Source of the DNA: Clostridia bacterium
Lineage (GTDB): Bacteria > Bacillota > Clostridia > UBA1212
Length of the DNA: 63,107 nucleotides
Assembly: GCA_017848335.1 (NCBI GenBank)
Contig: JAGDAX010000052.1
Location: 1-63,107 of the forward strand
Reading direction: 5' to 3'
Position 1 is the first letter of the stretch. Every line of letters begins with the position of its first letter. Below, piece after piece: positions 29,171-38,793 of this stretch. Under the pieces are notes generated by a model. The model saw nothing but the letters and a program-made list of their open reading frames with translations. It made no database searches and was not told the origin of the DNA. The translations under genes were made by a program, and so were the position numbers.

Positions 29171-29842
29171 TTATTTTGCCTCCAGTCTGTAGCCGAGCTT
29201 CTTGTACGAGAGGATCGTCATCTCGGATTGGATGAACGAGAGCTTTTTGCGCACAAAGCTGATGTAGGCCTCCACGTTCGAGTCGCCGGCGTCGGAATCG
29301 TAGCCCCAGACCTTTGAAATGAGGTCCTCCTTGGAGACGATCACGTTCTTACGGAGCGTCAGGAGCTTCAGGATCTCGGCCTCCTTGTAATTGAGGCGGA
29401 TGGTCTTGTCGCCCTTTGAGATCTCGTTTGTGGAGGTGTTGAAGCTGAAGTCGCCGCACTCGAGAACGTCCGCCAGTACCTCGCCCTGTCTTCGCGTGAC
29501 GGCGCGGATCCTCGCGAGAAGCTCCCTGGGCGCAAAGGGCTTCGTCATATAGTCGTCCGCCCCGCTGTCAAGGCCGTTGATCTTGTCATTGACGCTGTCC
29601 CTCGCGGTAAGCATAATGATCGGCGTGTTAATGCTACTCTGCCGCAGGCTTTTGGCGACCGAGATCCCGTCAAGCCGCGGAAGCATAATATCGAGAATGA
29701 TCACGTCGTAAATTCCGGAAAGTCCGTAGTTGAGGCCGTCCTCGCCGTTATATACGGCGTCCACCATGTATCTGTTCTCCTCGAGAATCTGTTTGAGGGC
29801 CTTTGAGAGCCGCTGTTCGTCTTCTACCAAGAGTATATGCAT
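29171..29842 (-). CDS. OmpR-family response regulator
   Basis: ILLVEDE, IILDIMLP, MLTA, GADDYMTKPF, winged-helix VEAYISFVRKKL. Confidence 0.93.
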   Translation of the reverse strand: MHILLVEDEQRLSKALKQILEENRYMVDAVYNGEDGLNYGLSGIYDVIILDIMLPRLDGISVAKSLRQSSINTPIIMLTARDSVNDKINGLDSGADDYMTKPFAPRELLARIRAVTRRQGEVLADVLECGDFSFNTSTNEISKGDKTIRLNYKEAEILKLLTLRKNVIVSKEDLISKVWGYDSDAGDSNVEAYISFVRKKLSFIQSEMTILSYKKLGYRLEAK

Positions 29843-29859
29843 CTGTGTGTCCTGCCTTT

Positions 29860-30022
29860 GTGCCGTGCTTTTGCGTGTCGTGTTTTTGCGTGCCGTGCTT
29901 TTACGTGTCGTGTTTTTACGTGTCGTGCTTTGCCTGCCGTGCTTTTGCGTGCCGTGCTTTTACGTGTCGTGCTTTGCCTGCCGTGCTTCTGCGTGTCGTG
30001 TTTTAACGTGTCGTGCTTGTGC
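29860..30022. repeat. 14-15 bp tandem repeat array, 11 units (GTGYCGTGYTTTTRC)
   Basis: Units read directly from 29860, ending 17 nt upstream of the response-regulator ATG. Confidence 0.85.
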
Positions 30023-30391
30023 AGCAGTCCCGTGAACGGAAACCGCTGCATATATTGTAATCCTTTTTCTGAAAAAATACCAAAACGTTTGTTTGGGAGT
30101 GGCAAGTGCGGGAAGAGGCTGTTATAAGGCCGGAGGCCGGAGGATAGAGGCCGGAGGGCGGAGATTTTCGGCCGCTGCTGAATGAATCGGATCCCGCGCC
30201 TGCGTAAATCTTGCAATACCGGACGGCCATATTGTATAATCGACCGCGTCAGAAATCCGATACAGAACACGCTTCACGGCGTGTCAAACAGCCGCTCCCT
30301 GTCTCTTAAAACAGGCACGCGGATCCAGACCTGCAGCCGCAAATTATGAAGTATTGTCGTGCAAGTGATAACTTTAGGAGAAGTGATCTAA

Positions 30392-31465
30392 ATGAAAAAT
30401 AATGAAATAAACGCCCGTGAAATTCCCGCCGACGAGTCCTCCGGGGACAGTCCGGAAATCAGCGGAACCACGGAAGTCGAAAAGAAAAATGAAACGGAAA
30501 ACGTGGATATTCTCGCGGAGATTGGAAAAGTTGACGTTTCTGCGGAGGCGGGAGACGTTGATATTCCTGCGGGGGATCACATCGTGACCGCCACAGCCGC
30601 TGACGGAGCGGTGAGAATTACTGCCTGCGAGTCGACCTCGATTTGTGAGGATGCAAGGCGCATTCACGGGACATCCGCGGTAATGACGGCTGCTCTCGGC
30701 AGGACGCTTACGGCGGCGTCGCTCCTTTCCTCGCAGCTGAAGAATGCTACGGACTCGCTGACGGTTCAAATCAACGGCAAGGGGCCCGGCGGCAAGATCA
30801 TCTGCATCACCGATCCCGACGGAAACGTCAGGGGCTACTGTGTCGACCCCGCCGTGGAGCTGCCTCTTCGCGAGAAGGACGGCAAGCTCGACGTAGGCGG
30901 CGCCGTGGGCAAGGGCTTCCTCCAGATAATCAAGGACCTGTCTCTCAAGGAGCCTTATCAGGGCACCTCGGCGCTTGTTTCGGGGGAGATTGGCGAGGAC
31001 ATTTCATACTATTTCGCTGTCTCCGAGCAGGTGCCGACCACCACTTCGCTTGGCGTGCGGATCTGCCCCGATCCCGAGGGTGTGCAGCCCTTCGTGGTGG
31101 AAAAAGCCGGCGGCTTTCTGCTGCAGCTTATGCCCGGTGCGCCAGACGATCTTATCGGTGACCTTGAAGCGAGACTTGGCGCGATGCCTTCGGTGACAAC
31201 GCTGCTGGCGGCCGGTGCGTCCGTGAATGATATTGTCGGCGACATTCTTACGGGCTATTCGCCCGAGATCAAAGCGGTGAAGCCCATTCGCTACAAGTGC
31301 AGCTGCAGCCGCGAGAGGATGCAGGCGGCCTTGTGCGCCATCGGGCGGAGCGACCTGCAGGAGATCCTTGACGACGGGAAGGGTGCTGAGATCTGCTGCC
31401 GCTTTTGCAACAGAAAGTACTTCTTTGACAACGGGGACATCCGGGCCATGATCGACGCGGGGTGA
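30392..31465 (+). CDS. hslO: Hsp33 redox-regulated chaperone
   Basis: ALGRTLTAA, GKLDVGGAVG, LVSGEIGED, SEQVPT, GGFLLQLMPGA, CSCS...CRFC zinc site; TTGCAA-N18-TATAAT promoter at 30211-30240. Confidence 0.93.
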   Translation: MKNNEINAREIPADESSGDSPEISGTTEVEKKNETENVDILAEIGKVDVSAEAGDVDIPAGDHIVTATAADGAVRITACESTSICEDARRIHGTSAVMTAALGRTLTAASLLSSQLKNATDSLTVQINGKGPGGKIICITDPDGNVRGYCVDPAVELPLREKDGKLDVGGAVGKGFLQIIKDLSLKEPYQGTSALVSGEIGEDISYYFAVSEQVPTTTSLGVRICPDPEGVQPFVVEKAGGFLLQLMPGAPDDLIGDLEARLGAMPSVTTLLAAGASVNDIVGDILTGYSPEIKAVKPIRYKCSCSRERMQAALCAIGRSDLQEILDDGKGAEICCRFCNRKYFFDNGDIRAMIDAG

Positions 31466-31578
31466 TGAGCGAACGGCGCCGCTTCGCGGCAGCTCCGGAA
31501 CGCGCGTTGCCCTCCGGCCTCCGGCCTTTAGCCTTTAGCCTTTAGCCTATTCTTGGCACTTGGCACCCGGGAATTAGC

Positions 31579-31608
31579 TTGACACGCCCAGGCCTTTTAA
31601 GCTATCAT
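31579..31608 (+). promoter_or_regulatory. Sigma-A promoter of the MBOAT operon
   Basis: TTGACA-N18-TATCAT. Confidence 0.6.
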
Positions 31609-31642
31609 CACATTACAAAAAAATAACTGAAAGGTTGAAGTT

Positions 31643-33136
31643 ATGGAGTTTGCGTCTGTTATCTTCATAGAAATATTCCTGCCGGTTGTTCTGATCGTCT
31701 ATTATTTGCTTGGTCTTATCAAGTCCCAAAAGGCATCGACGCTGGCCCGCAATATTTTCCTTCTGGTTTCCAGTTTGATATTTTACGCCTTCGGGGGCAT
31801 CAGAGAGCTTCTGATGTTCGTCGCGATTATCGCGCTGTGCTTCTTTACGGGCATCATACTGGATTCACTTCCGGCTGAGAAGAAAGGCCTGAGGCGAGCC
31901 GTCTTTATCACGTCGCTGCTTCTTAACGTGGGCGTGCTTGTTTACTTCAAGTACGTCGCGATGATGGTGAACCTCGTCAATATGCTGAGGACAGCCGGAA
32001 GCGTGGGGGCCGCATTCTCGGGCCTTCTCACGTTCAACGGGAAGGGCGCCTTCGCGATAATAATGCCGCTCGCCATATCCTTCATCATTTTCCAGTCGAT
32101 TTCCTATATCACCGACGTTTACACCCGCAAGACACGGGCCTCGCGCAACATTCTCACGTACGCGCTCTACATGACGCTGCTGTGCCAGCTGACGCAGGGC
32201 CCTATTATGAGGTACGGGAATCTCGGGGCGCAGATCGAGAGCCGCACGCACTCGCTTGAAGCGTTTGTCAGCGGGCTCAAGCGGTTCTCCTACGGCCTTG
32301 CCAAGAAGGTTCTGATCGCCAACGTGGTGGCGGAGACGGTGGACAAGATCTTCAACTCCCAGAAGACGTATATGGACGTGAATATCATGGGCGCGCCGAT
32401 CGCCTGGCTGGGCATTCTGCTGTACACGATCCAGATTTATTACGACTTCTCGGGCTACACCGATATGGCCATCGGCGTCGGCGGCATGCTGGGCTTCAGG
32501 ATCGACGAGAACTTCAATTATCCCTACACCGCGTTCTCCATACAGGAATTCTGGAGAAGGTGGCACATTTCGCTGTCAAGCTGGTTCAGGGATTACATTT
32601 ACATTCCGCTGGGCGGCAGCCGCTGCTCGAAGGCGAGGGCCTGCTTCAACGTGGCCGTCGTATTCCTGGTCACGGGCATCTGGCACGGCGCCAACCTGAC
32701 GTTCATCGTGTGGGGGCTGATCTTCGTGGTGCTCAGCATCACAGAGCGCCTCTTCCTGGGCGACCTGCTCAAAAAGAACCCCGTGAAGCCGGTCAACTGG
32801 CTGTACATGATGCTGGCCGTCATGATCGGCTGGGTGTTCTTCAGGTCCGACAATATCGACTTCGCGCTCAGGTTTATCGGCCAGATGTTCAGCTTCAAGG
32901 CGTCCCCCTCGTATATGATAGTTTCCTATCTGAGCGTCGAGGTAATGATTGCCGCGGTGTGCGGAATTCTGTTCAGCGGACTTCTCCAGAGGCCGCTTAA
33001 ACCGTTGTACGACAAGGTCTCCGCCAAGGTGCCTGTCAAGGCTGTCGACCTGGTGATACAGCTTGCGCTTCTCGCGTTCTGCATCATCAGGATAGTCGGC
33101 GGCTCCTACGCTCCGTCAATTTACACGAATTTCTGA
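31643..33136 (+). CDS. MBOAT-family O-acyltransferase (AlgI/PatA/DltB-like)
   Basis: MPLAISFIIFQSISY, QGPIMRY, GLAKKVLIAN, QIYYDFSGYTDMAIG, ENFNYPY, EFWRRWHISLSSWFRDYIYIPLGG, GIWHGA. Confidence 0.92.
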   Translation: MEFASVIFIEIFLPVVLIVYYLLGLIKSQKASTLARNIFLLVSSLIFYAFGGIRELLMFVAIIALCFFTGIILDSLPAEKKGLRRAVFITSLLLNVGVLVYFKYVAMMVNLVNMLRTAGSVGAAFSGLLTFNGKGAFAIIMPLAISFIIFQSISYITDVYTRKTRASRNILTYALYMTLLCQLTQGPIMRYGNLGAQIESRTHSLEAFVSGLKRFSYGLAKKVLIANVVAETVDKIFNSQKTYMDVNIMGAPIAWLGILLYTIQIYYDFSGYTDMAIGVGGMLGFRIDENFNYPYTAFSIQEFWRRWHISLSSWFRDYIYIPLGGSRCSKARACFNVAVVFLVTGIWHGANLTFIVWGLIFVVLSITERLFLGDLLKKNPVKPVNWLYMMLAVMIGWVFFRSDNIDFALRFIGQMFSFKASPSYMIVSYLSVEVMIAAVCGILFSGLLQRPLKPLYDKVSAKVPVKAVDLVIQLALLAFCIIRIVGGSYAPSIYTNF

Positions 33137-33152
33137 CGGGGGAGGTGTTTTT

Positions 33153-34922
33153 ATGAAGAAAAATACGATTTTCCTTATCATTGCGGTGTGCGCTTTCGCT
33201 CTCGTGACAGCGGCGCCCTGGGTACTGAACCTCACTTCACCCGGTGCCAAAACCGGGGACACGCAGACCGGCGAGATCAGGGAGCTCGCCAAGTTCCCCA
33301 CGGAATATTCAAACGACTTTTTCGCGAAGGTCAACGCCTACGTGAACGACCACTCGCCCCTGAGGACCTCCATTATCGGGCTCGTCAATACCATGGAAGG
33401 TAAGACCCGCGAATGGTATTCCAAAAACGTCATGATTCCCTACGTTGAGCGCATGTTCAGGGTGGAGGAGACCCCGGCGCCGCCCGACAATACTGTCGAG
33501 CCCGGGCAGGACACGCCTGAGCCGACTCCGACCCCTGACTGGGGCGGTCTTTTCGGCGACGCCACGGAGACGCCTGCCGAAACTCCCACTGAGATACAGA
33601 CCGAAACGCCTGCGGGGAGCGAGACGGACAAGCCCACCGAGAAGCCTTCCGGCGCTTCCGGATCGCCTGCGGGCCATACTGCTTCCCCCGACGTCGAGCC
33701 GCACGAGCATTCTTACGCGACGCCCGTCGTGGTGGTGGCTGCAGGCTGCACGAGCTCGGGCATTTCCACCGAGAAGTGCACCGTCTGCGGCGAATCCAAG
33801 ACCATCGTCACCGAGCCCACGGGCCACGACTATACGGTGACCAGGACCCAGAAGGCGTCCTTCGCCCACGACGGATACACGCTGAAGAAGTGCTCGCACT
33901 GCGGCGACGTGCAGGTGGCCGATATCGTGCTCCGGACCTCCGTCCCCGGCTTCTACACTGGCAGAACCCCGATAATGTATTCCGGCGCGGGCTTCCCAGG
34001 CATTCACAACTGGTACTTCTATTCCGGCGACGACAGCATCGGCTACCTCCAGGGCGACAACGCGCAGACCGAGAGCGAGATGGCAGCCTGGAACGATACC
34101 TTCACGGACCTTAAGGAGCAGTGCGACAAGCGCGGCGTCAACCTGGTCGTTCTTGTCTGCCCCAACAAGGAGCAGGTCTACCAGGAATACCTCCCGCTGG
34201 GCCTGGATCTTTCGAAGTCCGACGAGGAGAAGCGCGCTTCCGTCATGGCTGAGTACATGAAGAAAAACAGCCACGTGAAGTACGTCTATCCTCTGCAGGA
34301 GGTCAAGACCGCCAAGATCCTTTACGAGACATACTATCAGCAGGACACCCACTGGAACTCCGTGGGAGGCTTTGTGGGCGCAATGTCCGTCTACAGGGCC
34401 CTCGGCATGCCCACGACCGGCATCCAGAACGTAGAGGTCATCGAATATGAGCATTCCGGCGGCGACCTGGTCAGCCTCGGCGTCGGCCCCGCCACACCTT
34501 ACACGGGTTACGTCGTAAACTACAAGCCCGAGATCACCGTCCGCGAGACCTTCTATTACTCCAACACCGTCATCGGCGGCAACGAAACTCCCTCCGGAGA
34601 GCTTAAAATCTACGAGTCGGACAGCCCCAACAAGCACAAGGCGCTCATTATCGGCGACTCCTTCAGACATGCCGTGGGCAACTACATTGCAAAGGACTTC
34701 GCCAAGGTCACACAGGCTCACAGGGGCGATTTCGAGACGTATTCCAATTACGTGCAGGATATGACCACGGGCGTCGTCAGCCCCTGCAACCAGCAGGTTA
34801 TCCAGAATTCGCTGAGAGAGCTGGGCTCCGGCGACCTGCTGCTCATTATGGCCGTCGAGCGGTATGACTTCGGCAACGAGCAGATCGCGTGGGCGATTTC
34901 GCAGTTCATGAAGTCGATGTGA
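33153..34922 (+). CDS. AlgJ/AlgX (SGNH-like) O-acetyltransferase partner with inserted Pro/Thr linker and CxxC repeats
   Basis: N-terminal TM, YVNDHSPLR, LVCPNKEQVY, YYQQDTHWNSVG (DxHW), IIGDSF. Confidence 0.75.
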   Translation: MKKNTIFLIIAVCAFALVTAAPWVLNLTSPGAKTGDTQTGEIRELAKFPTEYSNDFFAKVNAYVNDHSPLRTSIIGLVNTMEGKTREWYSKNVMIPYVERMFRVEETPAPPDNTVEPGQDTPEPTPTPDWGGLFGDATETPAETPTEIQTETPAGSETDKPTEKPSGASGSPAGHTASPDVEPHEHSYATPVVVVAAGCTSSGISTEKCTVCGESKTIVTEPTGHDYTVTRTQKASFAHDGYTLKKCSHCGDVQVADIVLRTSVPGFYTGRTPIMYSGAGFPGIHNWYFYSGDDSIGYLQGDNAQTESEMAAWNDTFTDLKEQCDKRGVNLVVLVCPNKEQVYQEYLPLGLDLSKSDEEKRASVMAEYMKKNSHVKYVYPLQEVKTAKILYETYYQQDTHWNSVGGFVGAMSVYRALGMPTTGIQNVEVIEYEHSGGDLVSLGVGPATPYTGYVVNYKPEITVRETFYYSNTVIGGNETPSGELKIYESDSPNKHKALIIGDSFRHAVGNYIAKDFAKVTQAHRGDFETYSNYVQDMTTGVVSPCNQQVIQNSLRELGSGDLLLIMAVERYDFGNEQIAWAISQFMKSM

Positions 34923-35296
34923 CGGCGTGATTCTGCGCGGCTTGCGTGACTTGTCCGGCCTGCGCTTTTGGCATGTTTGGCTTGATTTGGGCAGGCCTTG
35001 CGCCTGAATCGAGCTGGCCGCGGGCGGTTAGTGAGCATTGCGGCCGCCGCTTCGCAAAGTGCCGAAGAGATAAGTCCGGCGTCAATTTCATAACATAATA
35101 CGGGCGCCGTCAGCAGGGATTTCCACTGACGGCGCCTCAGTATACTATATAACTCCCAACTCCGGTCCCATAACTCCCATTCCATAACTCCCATTCAATG
35201 ACTGCCGTCCCGCAACCGCCGCGACGCGGCCCCCGGCACTCCCGTTTTTTAAGGAAAAATTAAGGAAAAAACGGCGCAAAAAACGGCCAAACCGCC

Positions 35297-35325
35297 TTGA
35301 CACTACTACACAAAAAAAGTATAAT
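35297..35325 (+). promoter_or_regulatory. Consensus sigma-A promoter of the ABC cluster
   Basis: TTGACA-N17-TATAAT, perfect consensus. Confidence 0.85.
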
Positions 35326-35441
35326 AAATTTGTCTATTTTGTATAAACCGGTACGGCACACGGACCGGGGATGAACCTCGAAGCTTTAACCGGCTCTCGG
35401 GATACTAAATCGGGTGTTATATTTTTTGAAAGGTTGATTGT

Positions 35442-38400
35442 ATGGACAAAAAACTGAAGCGTAGAATTATCGTGCTGTCAGTGTTGGGCGTATTGGTTGT
35501 CGGCCTGTTGGTTTTCCTTATCGTGAGGGCAAGCCTAAAGACCGGCAGCAGGCAGTTCGCCATTGACAACAACGATACGATGGTCTTCAACCCCTTTGTC
35601 GAGAACGAGGAAAGGTCGGACAACAGTCTTCTGGAGTACGGCAAGGTTCTCACAAAGTACGGGACGAGGTACGAAAAGTACGCAGGTGAAGATATCGTCC
35701 TCAACGCTGCCGATTTTTACGGTATCAGCTTTAAGATAGATACCGGAGATACCGTGACACTGTATCGCGGCGACAACGGCGAGATCGATACCGTTTCATA
35801 CCGGGGCAAGAATTACGGTTACGGGCAGGTCAAGGCCAAGGAGTTCTCCTTCGCGACGGATGAGCTTCTTGCGAAGATAGAGGCCGTCACCTCCAATCTT
35901 ACTTTTTCCGAGGATTACGGCTACACGCTGTATGAGGACAAGGCCGCCGGCAGGGATGATAACGGATACACCAAGGCAGCTGAGCAGGAAGACAGATTCG
36001 GCGAGGTCAGCGGATCCATCAAGGCCGACGCCAACGCTCTCTATTACGGCAAGACCCTGACGAGCGGCAGCGCGCTTGAGGAGCTGACTTTTGTATATAA
36101 AGTCGACGTCCCGGAGACCGCTCTTTATTCCCTTGAGATCGAATATTTTCTCCCGGAGAACCGTTCCAACAACACTCTGGTAAGGTTCAGGGTCGACAAT
36201 AAATACCCCTTCAAAGAAGCGGCCAGCATGGAGCTCAAAAGAGCATACAACTTCTACGACGTCGGAGGCCTTGATATTGCCGGCAATGAGATCCGCGCGC
36301 AGCAGCAGGAGATATTCAAGTGGCAGGACACGGTCATCACAAGCCCTGACGGAATGTACAAAAACCCCTACAGGTTCCTGGTGAATTCCTCCGCCAATGC
36401 TACGCCCGACAAGCCCAGGACCATCTCGCTCACCTTCGCGAGAGAGCCCGCGGTCATCAGGACCATAAGGCTTGTGGCGCCGCTGTCTTCGCTGTCCTAT
36501 GCGGATTACAAGACCGCCAATTCCTTCTCGGAGAGCGCCATCGTAAAGGACGCTGTCACGCAGGTCGAGTTTGAGGTTCCCGACGAGAAGAACACCATCA
36601 GCATCAGAAGCGAGTGGGACGGCAACTACAAGACCACCCCCGCATCCTACAAGGTCACGCGTTACAATTATTTCGGCGGCGACAGATGGGCCAACGGCGG
36701 CGACGGAGCTTCCTGGAAGTTCAGCGTTCCGAAGGACGGCTGGTACGAGATCGGTTTCCGCTACCAGAGCATGCTCACGGACATCGTCGTATATTCCGAG
36801 ATCAAGATCGACGGCGTCATTCCCTTCGAGGAAATGGAGGAGTACTGCTTCCCGTATTCCGACGGATGGCGCGGCGCGTCTCTTATTGACGCGGATCAGA
36901 AGCCCTATTACTTCTACCTCACCGCAGGGGAGCATATTATCACGCTCACCAGCAAGGTGGGACCGCTCAGGTCATCGATTCAGAGTCTCCAGGAATCCAT
37001 GGATTCGATCTCCAAGCTCGTCAATACCGTCGTGAGTATCACGGGCGCCACCCGCAGCAGCTCAGGCGGCTACTCGGTGGACAAAAACAGAGACTGGGAC
37101 CTTGATAAATACATCATGGGTATCGAAGAGGAGATCAAAAACTACAGAGATACCTTCGAAGCGATCTACAATGATATCCTCGAGGCCAACGGGGGAGTGC
37201 TTCCTTATTACGGTTCTTCCGTTTCCGTCGCGAAGGCCCTGTTCACCAGGCTCTCCAAGGGAACAGAAGGACTTGAGGACATCCCTTCGTCCCTTAACGA
37301 AATCACCAATTCGCTTTCAAGCCTTTCAACAACACTCCAGAATATCACCGAGCAGCCTATCGCTATAGATTATATGGTCGTTCACGGCGGTGACTTCAAT
37401 TACAAGACCTGCCGCAGCAACGGCTTCCAGAACCTTTACGTGGGCGCCATTCAGTTTGGCGACTCCTTCCGCAAGGACTACACGTTGGTCGGATCCAGGG
37501 ACAGCTCCCAGATGGAGAAGGCCAAGGAGATTGAGGTCTACGTGGCCAGAGGACGTGAATACGTCGAGATGCTCCGTAACCTTATCGCCGAGGACTTCAC
37601 ACCGAACACCGGCATCAAAGTGAACGTCAACATGGTCAGCACGGGCGTTGAAGGCCTGGTAATGCTCCGTTACGTCACGGGCACGGCTCCCGACGTGGCG
37701 ATCTCGGTGGGCGCGGGCTCGCCTGTTGAATATGCCGCGAGGGGCGCTCTTGTCGCGTACAATGACCTTGACGGCGACGGTGTGGACGATAACCCCGAGT
37801 TTACGGAATTTATGGATCAGTTCCTGCCCGGAGCTTTTACGCTCTCAAGGTACCGCGGCAACTATTATGCGATACCCGAGACACAGGGCTGGGCGGCGCT
37901 GTTCTACAGGACGGACATACTCAGCGAGATCGGTATCGACAAGATTCCGTCTACGTGGGACGAGGTTTATGAGATACTCCCGAGGCTTCAGGAGAGGAAT
38001 ATGGACTTCTGCTATAACTACGGTACCGGCAATCTGTTCCCGTTCCTCTACCAGAACAAGGCTGACATTTACGACTACAACGGCCTGAGGTCCGCTCTTG
38101 ACACGGAGGCAGCATACAACGCCTTTGTGGAATATGCCGACCTTTACAATAAGTACAACATTCCTTACGCCGCCAACTTCTACATGAAGTTCAAGCTGGG
38201 CGATATGCCGATCGGCATCGGAGACATGGGCCTCTTCTGCCAGCTGAGATATTCCGCTCCCGAGATCAACGGTAAATGGGCGATGTCGCCTGTGCCCGGA
38301 CACCTCATGGAGGACGGCACGGTAGACAGAAGCATGGGCGGCTCCGGCACTACCTGTATCATGATTAAAAACAAGGGTGACAGGCTGCAGTCGCAGGAGG

Positions 38401-38792
38401 CGTGGAAGTTCGTCAAGTGGTGGATGAGCGAGCCCGTCCAGGTGGCTTACGCACAGGAGGTCGAGGCGACCTTCGGCGTTGCTTCGAGATGGAACACTGC
38501 CAACAGATACGCCATCAATTCCATGGCTTACAGCGACGAGGAGCTGGCCGTCATTAACGAGCAGTGGTCGTACTTCACGGAGACGCCGGTCGTGCTCGGA
38601 GGCTATTACACCTCGCGTTACCTGATGACAGCGCTTAACCAGGCGGTCCTGCAGGGCGGCAACATCAGAATCGCTCTTGAGGACGCCGTGAGAGAGATCA
38701 ACAAGGAAATGAAACGTAAGCAAAACGAATTCTTCCCTGACGGTGTCGATTCAATCGTCTGGTCAGAGTACAGAGAAAAGGGGGTGAGCTGA
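35442..38792 (+). CDS. Very large extracellular solute-binding protein (family 1) with N-terminal CBM-like beta-sandwich domains
   Basis: N-terminal TM anchor; WKFSVPKDGWYEIGFRY CBM-like segment; C-terminal FTPNTGIKVNV, GTAPDVA, YAIPETQGW..LFYRTDIL, PSTWDEV. Confidence 0.8.
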   Translation: MDKKLKRRIIVLSVLGVLVVGLLVFLIVRASLKTGSRQFAIDNNDTMVFNPFVENEERSDNSLLEYGKVLTKYGTRYEKYAGEDIVLNAADFYGISFKIDTGDTVTLYRGDNGEIDTVSYRGKNYGYGQVKAKEFSFATDELLAKIEAVTSNLTFSEDYGYTLYEDKAAGRDDNGYTKAAEQEDRFGEVSGSIKADANALYYGKTLTSGSALEELTFVYKVDVPETALYSLEIEYFLPENRSNNTLVRFRVDNKYPFKEAASMELKRAYNFYDVGGLDIAGNEIRAQQQEIFKWQDTVITSPDGMYKNPYRFLVNSSANATPDKPRTISLTFAREPAVIRTIRLVAPLSSLSYADYKTANSFSESAIVKDAVTQVEFEVPDEKNTISIRSEWDGNYKTTPASYKVTRYNYFGGDRWANGGDGASWKFSVPKDGWYEIGFRYQSMLTDIVVYSEIKIDGVIPFEEMEEYCFPYSDGWRGASLIDADQKPYYFYLTAGEHIITLTSKVGPLRSSIQSLQESMDSISKLVNTVVSITGATRSSSGGYSVDKNRDWDLDKYIMGIEEEIKNYRDTFEAIYNDILEANGGVLPYYGSSVSVAKALFTRLSKGTEGLEDIPSSLNEITNSLSSLSTTLQNITEQPIAIDYMVVHGGDFNYKTCRSNGFQNLYVGAIQFGDSFRKDYTLVGSRDSSQMEKAKEIEVYVARGREYVEMLRNLIAEDFTPNTGIKVNVNMVSTGVEGLVMLRYVTGTAPDVAISVGAGSPVEYAARGALVAYNDLDGDGVDDNPEFTEFMDQFLPGAFTLSRYRGNYYAIPETQGWAALFYRTDILSEIGIDKIPSTWDEVYEILPRLQERNMDFCYNYGTGNLFPFLYQNKADIYDYNGLRSALDTEAAYNAFVEYADLYNKYNIPYAANFYMKFKLGDMPIGIGDMGLFCQLRYSAPEINGKWAMSPVPGHLMEDGTVDRSMGGSGTTCIMIKNKGDRLQSQEAWKFVKWWMSEPVQVAYAQEVEATFGVASRWNTANRYAINSMAYSDEELAVINEQWSYFTETPVVLGGYYTSRYLMTALNQAVLQGGNIRIALEDAVREINKEMKRKQNEFFPDGVDSIVWSEYREKGVS

Positions 38793-38793
38793 G

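Noticed and set aside
35103-35136. 11-bp perfect hairpin as a classical intrinsic terminator
   Set aside because: There is no U-tract on either strand; it is noted as a stem-loop only
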